The translations under genes and the position numbers were made by a program. Shown piece by piece: positions 13,526 through 25,855 of a DNA stretch of 64,000 nucleotides. This DNA is from Octopus vulgaris (Eukaryota). The notes under the pieces were generated by a model. It was not told the DNA's origin. It saw only the letters and a list, made by a program, of their open reading frames with translations, and ran no database searches. Location of the stretch: contig OX597823.1 of assembly GCA_951406725.2 (NCBI GenBank), forward strand, positions 19,096,001 to 19,160,000. The letters run 5' to 3'. Numbering within the stretch: the first letter of the stretch is position 1; each line of letters opens with the position of its first letter.

Positions 13526-13785
13526 TAGTGGTTCTTGACCATTTTTTGCCTATTGACGACCCCTTTGATTACTATTCCATTCTGGTTGACCCCAAAGAAC
13601 CATTCAGTGTTTAAAAACTTGTTTTATAGATGTTTCTTTCAAAATTCCTATCTTGTTTATCACACATTCACTTGTGTAGGCTGGACTAATGTAAAACATT
13701 AGAGAAAGAAACCTTGCAACAAATACATAAAACAAGTCATACATGGACCGCCAAAGGTCATATGAACCTCAGTCGAGAACTGGTG
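13526..13785. mobile_element. Decayed hAT-like MITE
   Basis: Ends tagtggttcttgacc / gtcgagaactggtg, with internal ggacccc-like motifs. Related to 33483-33706 and 63549. Confidence 0.5.
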
Positions 13786-16298
13786 TAAATGAAGGGGCTG
13801 TTCATGACCTTAGCAGGCTTGAGTGAGATTGCAATCTGTGAGCTGCAGGTTATAAAAAAAAAGAAGAAAAGGCATGAATGGGGACAAGTCTAGAGAGCCA
13901 ACTTTCTGAGGAAAGCAAACATGGCATGTAGATGGTTACATTTTGGGTGAAGAGGCAAGTGAAGCAGATTGGCCTGAATTGAGGTGACCTGAAATCAGTG
14001 ACCTCTCTCCCAGGACCAGAGAGGCCACTGGAGAAGGAATAGGAAAAGCAATGAGAAGATATCATATCTGTGGACCAGATATTGTAGTGTGTTAGTGACT
14101 TCATGCCAATACATGAGGTTTTCAGATGATGGTCCTGACCCAAAAGAGTTTTTTTTTTTTTGTGCTAAAAACTTTTACTTCAAATCTTTTAGTTTTGAGA
14201 AAGTACATCTTTAAAATTTTGTTTATTCACTTTTCATTAAAATATAAACAACCTACAGCATCATACATGATGCAAGTGATTAGTTGCATTTATTCTCTTG
14301 TGTAGCACGTTGTGAATTTAACCATTTTAATTTTTGCTAATTTTTTTCCATAAAGGAAAGTACTCTGAAGATAAATTCACACATAAAAGGCATATGATGT
14401 GTGATTGTGTTTGAATATGTAAACTGGAGTCTTTTCCTGTCTTTGTTGCATATTAAAAATATAACCCTAATACTGCGAGAAGTGGGATCTGTTGTTTCAG
14501 GATTGATTCTTTGTCTGAGATAAAGTAATATATTACAATACAACTGTATTTTCATACAGGTAAAATTCTTATCAGATAGTGAGTTCAAATCCACAGTAAA
14601 TAATTTATTGCTTCTATGAGAAACACTTTGTCCCTTTCAATTTCCATTTATTCATCTGTATGCATGTGTGTGTAGAGTTAGAGGGAAAGAAGACTAAGAT
14701 CATCTGGGAACATTTGTAAGGAAATATCACAAGAGGAAGGTACTGAATCTGTGAACCCTTTCCAGGTGCTCTCTGTAGAAAGAAGTTATCCTTGTATCAG
14801 AGACATGATCCAAATGCTTATTACTACAGTGAATTCTGCAAAAGCTATCCAAACATCAAGTAGTACTGCAAGACAGGATGAAACTGAGAGCATAAATGGA
14901 ACTTTTAATGGACTTCCACGTAGTTCCTGTCTATCAAATTTCACTTTTAAGTCTTTGGTTGACTTGAGAGTGTAGTAGAAAATACTTGCCTAAGGTGCCA
15001 CCTGATGGGATTAATCTTGAAGTAATAAAGTGAATTTCTTAACCACAGTCATGCCTGCATCCTCAGCCTAATATCTCGGAGTGAGATCTACCCTTTTTTT
15101 GCTTCATAGACTTAGAGTAATCACTGGTTGCAAGGGATCCTGGACTTGATGTTGTTTAGAATACATTTACTCTCTCATCCTGTCTCTTCTTACTGCTCTC
15201 TCCCTCTCTCTATTTGTCTGTTTTTCTCTTTGCTTTTCTCCCTTGTTCCTCAGTCTCTGCTCTCTTTCCAGCTCCTTTATTTTTTCTCTCTATCTTAAAA
15301 TGAATTTCTCCTATAAAATTTCTTACATCAACAACCCTCCCAGAGTGCTGTTTACATATCAAATTGGTCACCATCTGTCAGCAAATCATGCTGTGTTTGA
15401 TACACAAACCTGATATCTGCAATTACAATCTAATTAATCCCTAAAATATCCCTTACCACAAAATCTAATATAAATGGGTTCATAGATTAGTTTTTTTTTT
15501 TTTGTCTCCTATTCCTCAGTCACTCCATTTATCAATCTTTGTAGTTATTGATTGATTCTTCATTGTACAAATTACTTTTTTGTTGCTTAACTCCAGGTCA
15601 TCCTTCACTGAGCAGGCCTATGAGGTTTTCCAGCCATGACCATCCCATCTTTAGTACTATATTATTGAATGTGGTGTTTCTTTTTAAGAAGCTGGAGCGT
15701 GATACAGAAGAGATGTGGCTGCTATTTTGAGCAGATGTGGTGGTTGTAGAAGCTCCTTTTCTTGGTTTGACAAAAGACCTGTTAATAGATAGCCTTTCTT
15801 TGTGTACATTGTATTTTTAAACCCTTTGGATATAAATACAAAGAGTAAATGGATTCTCCATCAATATCAACAATGTGTATTCCAGTTATTCAATTAACTA
15901 AACTGTTTACTCGTTGAATTACTGCACAAGTGGTTAAGTATTTCATAGATACTTGATCTCTTAATGTAACCTTCAGGCAAAAATCAGCCTGGTACCTCAG
16001 CATTGGCGATAAGGCTGGCTCTTTTAATTACGGGTACAGTCCGTCACTAACGTAGCTAGGGTGTGTGCCACCTGGGGCAGCCCTTCCGTTTGCTGCTCTT
16101 GGACTCTACAAAAATCACATATTGCCTACAGCAGACCCAAAAGTGGTGCCCCATTAAAAGTACTGTCCCCCACCCCCCCCATCCCCCAACCTAGCTATGC
16201 TTGTGCAGTCCATCCATCCACTGGGCTTCCAGAGGTTGGGTCAACTTGAGGTTATGCTAAAAGGTGCTTTGCCAAGTTGCATGGTATCTTGTTAACAT

Positions 16299-16501
16299 TC
16301 TCTTTTACTCTTTTACTTGTTTCAGTCATTTTGACTGCGGCCATGCTGGAGCACCGCCTTTAGTCGAGCAAATCGACCCCTGGGACTTATTCTTTGTAAG
16401 CCCAGTACTTATTCTATCGGTCTCTTTTGCCGAACCGCTAAGTGACGGGGACGTAAACACACCAGCATCGGTTGTCAAGCAATGCTAGGGGGACAGACAC
16501 A

Positions 16502-16563
<62 letters not shown>

Positions 16564-16720
16564 CGACAGGCTTCTTTCAGTTTCCATCTACCAAATCCAC
16601 TTACAAGGCATTGGTCGGCCCGAGGCTATAGCAAAAGACACTTGCCCAAGATGTCACGCAGTGGGACTGAACCCGGAACCATGTGGTTAGTAAACAAGCT
16701 ACTTACCACACAGCCACTCC
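16299..16720 (-). mobile_element. SINE family A, full length
   Basis: Near-complete reverse complement of the family A pattern with an internal (CA)n tract. Confidence 0.9.
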
Positions 16721-16891
16721 ATTCAGTTATAGAGATCATGTTTTGAGTTCAAATCCTATCAAGGTTTATTTTCCTTTTAAATCCCCCACCCCCATCATCA
16801 ATGAGATAAGTACGAGTCAAGTCCTGCAGTTGGTGTAATTAATTACCACAACCCTCCACTCCCCATTTGTGGGTTTCTGTCAAAGATTTAG

Positions 16892-17094
16892 CCCTTTAGC
16901 ATTCAGATATCTCTTTCGAATGTAATGCTTATTTATCAACATTGTTTTGAGTTTAAAACTGTATCATCTTGTAGCTTTGAGATTTCACTGGTGTTTGGTT
17001 AGTTTTGGGACGACATTGTAGGGTAGGTGTAAGAGGCCAAGTCTTGTCAGCTGGAATACTTGAGCCGGCTATGGCCGGTTTAAACACTAAACGG
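16892..17094. mobile_element. piggyBac-like MITE, decayed
   Basis: ccctttagcattcaga...cactaaacggttaa. Same family as 22849-23068. Confidence 0.65.
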
Positions 17095-18420
17095 TTAAAT
17101 TCTCGTCATCACTGATGACTGTCATAAGTGAATATGGATATTCCTGATACTTAGACTAAGTCTTTCATGCCAAAGATATTTTGTATCTTTCTAGACCTTC
17201 GTCTGAATTGACTACTATTGCTAACACTTATGGAATTAGCCTTTACTAGACAAAATATAAAACTTCATAAGTTGTTTTTACTATCAAATATTTATCATGA
17301 CCACCACAAGGACGAATTAGGAATAAAATAATTGGGTTTCTCTGTGTGGATGGTAGGGTAGATAGATGGGCATAATGATAGTGAGGTTATTATTGGACAA
17401 CTGACTTAAAGATTATATAAGTTCAGATCTTACTATTGCCATGGTATCATGTTCCTTGGTATGGACTTATCTAACTCTAAATAAAGATATGAAAACAAAA
17501 GAACTGGTTTCACTTTACAGCTGAGGCCTGGAAACAATTTGAGAAATTGAGCAGTGGGTGTAAAAATGTGGTATAGGTTTCAGTGTATAAGGATGTTAGA
17601 GTGCAGGTGTTTCTATGCTGTAAATGGTACGGATTTATGACTAAGCCTTCACTTGCAAATGGTTGTCAACTTAGTTGTAAATAAACTTGCTGTTATAAAG
17701 TCAGTTTGTAGTACTTAAAGACAAATCACTTCAGTGTACACTTAGTGGTAGTCATACTCCCCAAGACCAACCATTGACTATCATTGGTTTTTATGTTAAC
17801 CCTCTTGGGACACCTGGGTTGATTGATCAGCCCAAGTGACACAAGCTGAAAAGATCTTGAGGCTAATCCATTGACCCAATGAAACAAATGTTTTGAAATG
17901 TAATAGCCAATCAGATATCGTCTTTCAGTAGATATAATATAAAACTATATAATATAGTTTTACATACTGTACTTTATCCTTTGTTTTCTACATGCACCTG
18001 ATATTGTAACTGTTATTTACTATGTTTTCCTTATTTAAGATTGTAGGATGTAATTCGATGGAAATTTGGCTGCTATTTCTAGCAGATTGGGCTACTTTAT
18101 AGACTCCTCATTGGCTCCTGTTTCAGCAAAATCTCATTAGCAAACTCTATACATCTTGGCAAGCAGGAGCAGCTATTTAGTATCAACAACATTGACATTA
18201 ATTACCATGGGAAACACTCCCTGTTGCTGGCTACTTTTACTTTATTAGAGCTATGGCCTGAAGGTAGCTTGAAAGATGGAGCTTCAACATTGTCACTTGA
18301 TTTACTAAAAATAACAGCCAAATTTACTTCAAAATATCTCTCAGCTTCACAAAAAGGTAAAAAAAAAAAAAAAACTCATGTTGGATTGATGTTCCTGATG
18401 TATAAAAAAAATTACATCAG

Positions 18421-18617
18421 AGATGATGGGAATGGAATACCTTTAATCAGATGATGGGAATGGAATACCTTTAATCAGATGATGGGAATGGAATACCTTT
18501 AATCAGATGATGGGAATGGAATACCTTTAATCAGATGATGGGAATGGAATACCTTTAATCAGATGATGGGAATAGAATACCTTTAATCAGATGATGGGAA
18601 TGGAATACCTTTTATCA
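18421..18617 (+). repeat. 28-bp minisatellite, about 7 copies
   Basis: Unit agatgatgggaatggaatacctttaatc repeated almost perfectly. Confidence 0.95.
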
Positions 18618-19461
18618 TAGGCCTATTCATTGAAGAGGGCTGGCTGGTCTGAGATTTAAAGAATGATGAATGATTATTGATATCTATGGTCTGTGTGGGG
18701 ATGGTATATTGTTTGTAAGATTCAAGGCCTAAAAATACTTAGATGACTGCCCCCACCCCCAACCGACTCCATGCTTCTCTTTAGGGACTTTGAACACACC
18801 TAGTGATTTACATAGAAATTGAAATAAACAACCTGCTATCTTTTTCTTTCTCACCTGTTCTTTTATCCTTTTGGTATGTGATATAGGGTGTGCAAGGTTT
18901 AATTTCCACATACCAACTAGATTTTTTTTTGTTATTGTTATAGTATTTAAGGGCCTTGTCAGCTAACAGCTTTTCTTCTCTTTCCTCTTCCTCCCTCTTT
19001 GTTCCCCCCCCCCAATTTCATTAGCCCTAGGGGGGACAGTAGATAAATTTTGACACTCCCAGGATATAACCATAGTTTTCTTTCACATAGTTTTCTCTGT
19101 AATTAACTTCAGTGAAGTGTTTTTCACAGGTGTGTGTGTGTATGTGTGTCATAAGATAGCATCCAAAATATTTTTCTCAAACAATGGTCTTGATTTTCTT
19201 TGGAGGGGGGACACTGTCACTACTACTCTGCAATACATTTAATTAAAATCCTGAAGAGAGGTAGTAATTAAAGTAGACACCTAGATACTGTGAGGTCAAT
19301 TACAAGCTGATGTGTTGTGGTTTTTGTAAAGCAACATAGACAATCTTCATTAAAACTTATTGAAAACAAATACTGACTGTTCAAGTAATTGCAGATTCGT
19401 AAAATAGTTTAATTTCTTAGTAGAAAGAACAGGTGTAAAAGCGTCTACCTCTCTCTCTCTC

Positions 19462-19662
19462 TCTTATACTTGTTTCAGTCATTTGACTGCGGCCATGCTG
19501 GAGCACCGCCTTTAATCGAGCAAATCGACCCCGGGACTTTTTCTTTTGTAAGCCCAATACTTATTCTATCGGTCTCTTTTTGCCGAACCGCTAAGTAACG
19601 GGGTCATAAACACCAGCATTGGTTGTCAAGCAATGCTAGGGGGACAAATACAAACACACACA

Positions 19663-19702
<40 letters not shown>

Positions 19703-19867
19703 TACGACGAGCTTCTTTCAGTTTCCATCTACCAAATCCACTCACAAGGCTTTGGTCGGCCCGAGGCTATAGTAGAAGACACTTGCCCAAGGTGCCACGC
19801 AGTGAGCTGAACCCAGAACCACGTGGTTGGTAAACAAGCTACTTACCACACAGCCACTCCTGCGCCT
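19462..19867 (-). mobile_element. SINE family A, full length
   Basis: Reverse complement of family A with internal (CA)/(TA) tract, ending cagccactcctgcgcc. Confidence 0.9.
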
Positions 19868-20164
19868 ACTAATTTTCTCTATATTTCCTGCTACCTGTTG
19901 GCTTAATCTCAGGTCATGTGTAATAAAAACCTTTCATCAGAGTATTCCATCCATGACTTTCCCCCCTCTGCTTAGAGCAGCTATTCCTAATGTTTTTGCA
20001 CTCGCGACCCCTTACCCAAAAAGTTATTCCCATGGAAATCCATGGGGTTATTGTTTCTGTTATTGTAAATAACGAGCAGTAAATGAATTATGTTTCATTG
20101 AACCACAGCAAATTAGCACATTATTTACATTCGATGGATATTTGTCCTCATCTTGTTTGTTTGT

Positions 20165-20210
20165 AAAACAATATTTCAGCTGATATACCCTCCAGCCTTC
20201 TTCAGGTGTC
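20165..20210 (-). ncRNA. Degenerate minimal type I hammerhead ribozyme
   Basis: Minus strand: gacac CTGAAGA aggctg gagggtatat cagct GAAA tatt gtttt. Stem II is intact; stem III and the cleavage site are mutated. Confidence 0.55.
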
Positions 20211-20522
20211 ATGGGGAAATTTTGAACCTGGGTTCTCATTCCTATGGTATTTTTCGATATTATTATTATTATTATTGTTCAAGTCACTGCTTGGAATCGA
20301 ACTCGAAATCTTGTGGTTAGTAGCCCTCGCTCTTAACCACTACGCCAAAGCTTTGTGAGTGGATCTGGTAGACGGAAACTGAAAGAAGCATGTATGTGTG
20401 TGTATGTCTGTCTGTCCCCTACTACGAGTTCGATTCCAAGCAGTGACCTGAACAATAATAATAATAATCACAACATTGAAAAATACCTTAGGAATGAGAA
20501 CCCAGGTTCGAAATTTCCCCAA

Positions 20523-20562
20523 GACACCCGAAGAAGGCTGGAAACGTATCAGCCGAAATGTT
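20523..20562 (+). ncRNA. Degenerate minimal type I hammerhead ribozyme
   Basis: gacac CCGAAGA aggctg gaaacgtat cagcc GAAA tgtt. U4 is changed to C and there is a short deletion after GAAA relative to the other arm. Confidence 0.45.
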
Positions 20563-20868
20563 AACAACAAACAAGATGAGAACAAATATCCGTCAAATGT
20601 AAATAATGTACATAATTCCTCATCTCTTAAATATAGAACTGTAACAGCAAATTAGCTTGCTTCATATTTCTAAAACTACTAATACTGTTCACCTCTCTTG
20701 AAATTGTCCCATATTTATTAACTTCCTAGGTTTTCAAATCTGTGAAATATTGTTTTATGACAGGTTATTCTTCTGTAAGTCAAGAATACTGGCAGGTACA
20801 CACACACACACACACACACACACATGGTTGAAAGCCATAAAACAATCATCACCCACAATGATAATTTT

Positions 20869-21438
20869 CCTCTTTAGCATTCAGGTTGTCCTGTTAAAGG
20901 TAATATTTACTTATTCACATTGTTTTAATTAATCATGCATTATCTTCATAGCTTCAAGATTTTGATAATGTGGTAGTTTATTTTTAGGATGGTGAAGGTA
21001 CATGGCTCTGTGGTCAATGTTGGGCTCGCAACCATGAGGTAGTGAGTTTGATTCCCAGACCGGGCTGTGTGTTGTGTTCTTGAGCAAGACACTTTATTTC
21101 ATGTTGCTCCAGATCACTCAGCTGTAGGAACAAGTTGCGACGTCATTGGTGCCAAGCTGTATCGGCCCCTTTGCCTTTTCCTTGGACAACATCAGTGGCA
21201 TGGAGTGGGGAGGCTGGTATGCATGGGCGACTGCTGGTCATCCATAAACAACTTTGCCCAGACTTTTGCCTAGGAAGGGAACTTTCTAGGTGCAATCCCA
21301 TGGTCATTCATGACTGAAGTTGGCGGGGTGGTGTCTTTACCTGTTTACCCTACTTTTAAAATGACATTGTAGGGTAAGTGTGAGGGGTTTGAACAAAAAA
21401 GCAGGTAGAATATTTTGGCTGGTTTGAATGCTAAAAGG
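20869..21438 (+). mobile_element. piggyBac-like MITE interrupted by a family B-like SINE (about 20993-21345)
   Basis: MITE 5' half (ctttagcattcag...) and 3' half (aatgacattgtagggtaag...ctaaaaggttaa) flank a tRNA-like head with gagtttgattccc and ttgagcaagacacttt. Confidence 0.65.
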
Positions 21439-22848
21439 TTAAACATTTTTTTTTACTGCATTATCTTTAGAATAATTTTGCTAAGTTAGGTTGCTTCAGT
21501 TTTTTTGTATTGTATGTGAAAATAAAAGCAAAGAATACAAAAAAAAAAAAAGCTGATTGTTCTGATCTTAATGTTATGTAAGGCTGACCTATCTCTTCTG
21601 CTGATCTTATTGTTATATTTATAGCAATATTGATCAACCTGTTTTGTTCTTACTATTATATATGTTAGATTGACCTACCTATTCCGTTGTTACTTCTATA
21701 TATAGTAAGACTGATCTTGTTCTGATTTGATCTTTATGTTTATAATGTAGTAAGACCGACCTACCTATTCTAACATAAACTAAAGTTACTTAAAGCTCCA
21801 CCAATCACATACAAATGCAGATTTTGCTAGTTTGTCTGGTTTTCTTCCCCCATTTTATTAATTCTCATTCACAGTTTAGTCAGGAAGGAGAGACTAGTAC
21901 ATACAGATGTTAGAAATCTCAGACCTATTTATTTTACAATTTATTGTAGTAGATAGTTGTTGAAGGGGTTTGTCAGTGTGGGTAAATCCAGAACCTTACT
22001 TTATATGGCAAATACTATTGTATTATGTTTAGTAAATGTTATCCAATGATGGGAGTGTACGATAGGGACAGATTGAGAACCAAGTGGTTGCTAAACAAAC
22101 TTATTAACCACACTGCCTTGACTACACAGCATTAGTGAAGCTAATATTCACCTTCAGTTTTTGTATAGTGTGTTTACCTGTAGGGAATTGCAGATCTTGG
22201 AGATGAAAATTTGTGGAGTTCCGTTTAGTATGAGGAATTTTTTTTTTTTTTATGGCTAAGACACTGACTCAAGCACTCTCTCTCTCTCCACACACACGCA
22301 CGCACACGTGTAAAGGATGTTACTAAACAAATGGAACAAAATTTTTTTTTTGTGTGTGTTTTTCAGAATGCGTTTTATCCTTTTCCTTGTTTTGGAAAAC
22401 GTTGCCAAAATGAATGACTTGTAAATGTTCCCATCTTCCATTTGGTGTTTATTAATTTTAAGACAAGGGATTTCACTAGATGCTAGTTTACATTAGACTT
22501 GACACATTTTTAAAAACATTTTTTAATTGTTCAGAGAGCAGGGAAAAGGCATCACTTTTATTATTTTATTAAGGAAACCGTTAATTGACGGAGTTATCTT
22601 CAAACTGGGTGCAACACTTGCGGTAGTAGACTTAGATTAAGGCACTCAAGGGCTTAGAGATAGTGTTGTGGGGTTTAACCAGATGATGGATTATGTCTCC
22701 CTTTTGAATTCTGGTGCAGTCCATCCAATAGACTTCCAAACAATTTCTGCTTGCTGAGCTTGTCAACCCAAGACTATGGGCATAAGACACTTTCCCTAAG
22801 CACTGTGCAGTGAGATCAAACCACATGATTGCAAAGTGAATTTCTTAA

Positions 22849-23068
22849 CCCTTTAGTGTTTAAACTGGCCATATCCGGCCGAAGTTTTCTACCTATTTTA
22901 TGTTTAAACTGACCAGATCAGGGCTCTTACACCTAACCTACATTGACATTCTAAAAATGAACAATCACGTCATTGAAACCTCAAAACTATAAGATAATGC
23001 ATGATTAATTAAAAACAATTTGAGTAAAAAAATATTACATTTAACAGAGTAATCTGAACACTAAAGGG
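22849..23068. mobile_element. piggyBac-like MITE
   Basis: TTAA on both sides. TIR ccctttagtgtt / aacactaaaggg. Confidence 0.8.
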
Positions 23069-23199
23069 TTAAACACACATTCATAACCCTACTTCTCTTA
23101 ACCACACTTCTCTTGGCCTAATTTTAAATGATAGTTCAGTCCGAAAGGCCAGCACAAATTTAATGAAATGCACATGCTATGAATTATTGTGTAGCGGTT

Positions 23200-23420
23200 G
23201 TTATCACAGAACACAGAATTATCAGAACGCTATTCAAAAATGGCTTTTAAATGGACAACATCAGAGGTAAAATAAGGAGATGGAAAACTGGATGGCTCAG
23301 AACATTCCCAACTGACATGAAAGGGGTTGATATTACATGGCCAGATGCAGAGAAAATCAACAGAAACCAGTGATGTCAATTTGCTTCCCAGTTTGTTCAA
23401 GAGCACAGGAGGAGCCGAGA
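23200..23420 (+). mobile_element. Decayed RTE-like LINE 3' coding remnant
   Basis: Frameshifted peptide pieces KMAFKWT...KTGWLRTFPTDMKGVDITWPDAEKI resemble the RTE ORF C-terminus (W..P.G.R.RGRP..TW...). Confidence 0.5.
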
Positions 23421-23596
23421 GTGAGCAATGGTTGTTAGCATGTTTGCCTGTTGAACAAACACAGCACGTTTCCATTCCAGTCAACGGTGTCTTTGTTGAA
23501 TCATGATGACTATTTTTAGATATGTTTTTGGAGATTTACTCTAATCTCCCTTTAGCATTCAGCTTACTTTGTCAAATGTAATATTTATTTATTTGT

Positions 23597-23974
23597 GGAG
23601 GCGCAATGGCCCAGTGGTTAGGGCAGCGGACTTGCGGTCGTAGGATCGCGGTTTCGATTCCCAGACCGGGCGTTGTGAGTGTTTATTGGGCGAAAACACC
23701 TAAAGCTCCACGAGGCTCCGGCAGGGATGGTGGTGATCCCTGCTGCACTCTTTCACCACAACTTTCTCTCACTCTTACTTCCTGTTTCTGTTGTACCTGT
23801 ATTTCAAAGGCCGGCCTTGTCACTCTGTGTCACGCTGAATATCCCCGAGAACTACGTTAAGGGTACACGTGTCTGTGGAGTGCTCAGCCACTTACACGTT
23901 AATTTCACGAGCAGGCTGTTCCGTTGATTCGGATCAACCGGAACCCTCATCGTCGTAACCGACGCAGTGCTTCC
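23597..23974 (+). mobile_element. tRNA-derived SINE family B, young copy
   Basis: Head ggaggcgcaatggcccagtggttagggcagcggac...gtttcgattccc. Near-identical to 42744-43128 and 44105-44486. CpGs retained. Confidence 0.9.
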
Positions 23975-24030
23975 ATCATTTATATATTCACATGCATTTT
24001 CTTGTAGATTTGAGATTTCAATGATTTTTT

Positions 24031-24219
24031 TTTTTACTTGTTTCAGTCATTTGACTGCGGCCATGCTGGAGCACCGCCTTTAGTCGAGCAAATCGACCCC
24101 GGGACTTATTCTTTGTAAGCCTAGTACTTATTCTATCGGTCTTATTTGCTGAACCGCTAAGTGACGGGGACGTAAACACACCAGCATCGGTTGTCAAGCA
24201 ATGCTAGGGGGACAAACAG

Positions 24220-24262
<43 letters not shown>

Positions 24263-24517
24263 TCAGTAATAATAAAAGGGTGAAATTAATTAATTAGGGA
24301 TAATTATCAATTACACCAAGTAGATTTCGGTATGTAAAAGCCCCATTCGAGGAAAATTTAAGTAATACTAAGTAATTAAGGGTTTAGCAACGAATTGCCT
24401 CACCAACACACCTGCTGAGATCCCCCTTTTAGTAGAAGGAATAGCTATATCTCTTTGACTGCTATTTCTAAATTCGGTGTGTTGGTGAGGCAATTCGTTG
24501 CTAAACCCTTAATTACT

Positions 24518-24551
<34 letters not shown>

Positions 24552-24708
24552 GACGGGCTTTTTTCAGTTTCCGTCTACCAGATCCACTCACAAGGCATTG
24601 GTTGGCCCGAGGCTATAGCAGAAGACACTTGCCCAAGATGCCACGCAGTGGGACTGAACCCGGAACCATGTGGTTGGTAAGCAAGCTACTTACCACACAG
24701 CCACTCCT
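24031..24708 (-). mobile_element. SINE family A with an insertion in its internal (TA)n
   Basis: Both SINE halves are present, split by 24259-24520. Confidence 0.85.
24259..24520. mobile_element. Microsatellite-inserted element ending in a perfect 44-bp inverted repeat
   Basis: Arms 24369-24412 and 24476-24519. Flanked by (TA)n. Shares caccaagtag..ttcggtatgtaaaag with 27294-27445. Confidence 0.65.
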
Positions 24709-24995
24709 GATTATTTTTAGAATAATGTAGGGTAAGTGTGAAAGGCCAGATCCTGCCTGTTTAGATTTAAAGCCAGTAGAATGTTTTTGCTGGATATGGC
24801 TGGTTTAAATGCTTAAGGGTTAATATTCTGTTGAAATTCCACTGATTGTTCTCCAGTACCCTTCATGCTTCATATACACTTACTCACCTGACATGAAATA
24901 CTATAAAAAAAAAATTTAAAAAAAGCAATCAAATCTTGGCATTTATTGAATTGATATCCATTCACTCCATGTAATTTATTTCATTTGCTCAATAC

Positions 24996-25396
24996 CGCAG
25001 GAGTGGCTGTGTGGTAAGTAGCTTGCTTACCAATCGCATGGTTCCGGGTTCAGTCCCACTGCGTGGCATCTTGGGCAAGTGTCTTCTACTATAGCCTCGG
25101 AACGACCAAAGCCTTGTGAGTGGATTTGGTAGACGGAAGCTGAAAGAAGCCCATTGTATATATCTATGTATATATGTGTGTATATGTTTGTGTGTCTGTG
25201 TTTGTCCTCCCAACAACGCTTGACAATCGATGTTGGTGTGTTTACGTCCCCGTCACTTAGCAGTTCGGCAAAAGAGACCGATAGAATTAGTACTAGGCTG
25301 ACAAAGAATAAGTCCTGGGGTTGATTTGGTCAGCTAGAGGCGGTGCTCCAGCATGGCCGCAGTCAAATGACAAACGAGTAACAGAGTAAAAGAGTA
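24996..25396 (+). mobile_element. SINE family A, full length
   Basis: Head cgcaggagtggctgtgtggtaagtagc through tail gagtaaaagag. Confidence 0.9.
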
Positions 25397-25813
25397 CCCT
25401 AAAAACAGAATTAAAAGGAAGACTTATTCTTCTCTCCCTCCCTTTTGCAAACTTGAAGACCCGGAACAAAAGCCTTAACGAGTATTAGGGCAAAGCAGTT
25501 ATTAATATATGCAATGTTGCATGTGACCTGCAAATATTTAAAATTTAGAAATATCAATAGATCTATCCCAGGTTGGAATCCTTCCCAAGTGTATGTGATA
25601 GTTCTTTTAATATAGTGCCACCTGCCAATTTATTCTTCCAGTTAGTACATACGTTGGTGTTTGGTAATTTAGACTAAATAAACACTTCTAAATGTTTCTC
25701 TGGCCGGTTTCATATGTTATATATATATATATATATATTTCTTTGAAGCTAATGACTAACACTCCTGCTGGTATGTTTTTCTTGCAATGTGCAAGCCATC
25801 AGGCATCAAAAAG

Positions 25814-25855
<42 letters not shown>

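Larger units (their letters stand above)
20118..20643. mobile_element. tRNA-headed, hammerhead-containing non-autonomous retroelement with Penelope-type inverted structure
   Basis: 13-bp TSD acagcaaattagc at 20105-20117 and 20644-20656. Inverted arms 20118-20305 and 20425-20609. tRNA A/B boxes on the minus arm. Hammerhead cores in both arms. 34-nt 3' tail (20610-20643) present only on the plus arm. Confidence 0.75.
23548..24819. mobile_element. piggyBac-like MITE hosting nested insertions
   Basis: MITE pieces at about 23548-23594, 23978-24025 and 24709-24819, separated by SINE B and SINE A. Confidence 0.7.

Noticed and set aside
13800-14110. Purine-rich stretch possibly from a LINE
   Set aside because: No diagnostic motif could be recovered.
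18421-18617. 28-bp repeats resembling a CRISPR array
   Set aside because: Units are contiguous with no unique spacers, there are no cas genes, and the context is eukaryotic.
23597-23665. tRNA-like heads as true tRNA genes
   Set aside because: They continue into SINE bodies, sister copies have TSDs, and they lack a paired acceptor stem and terminator.
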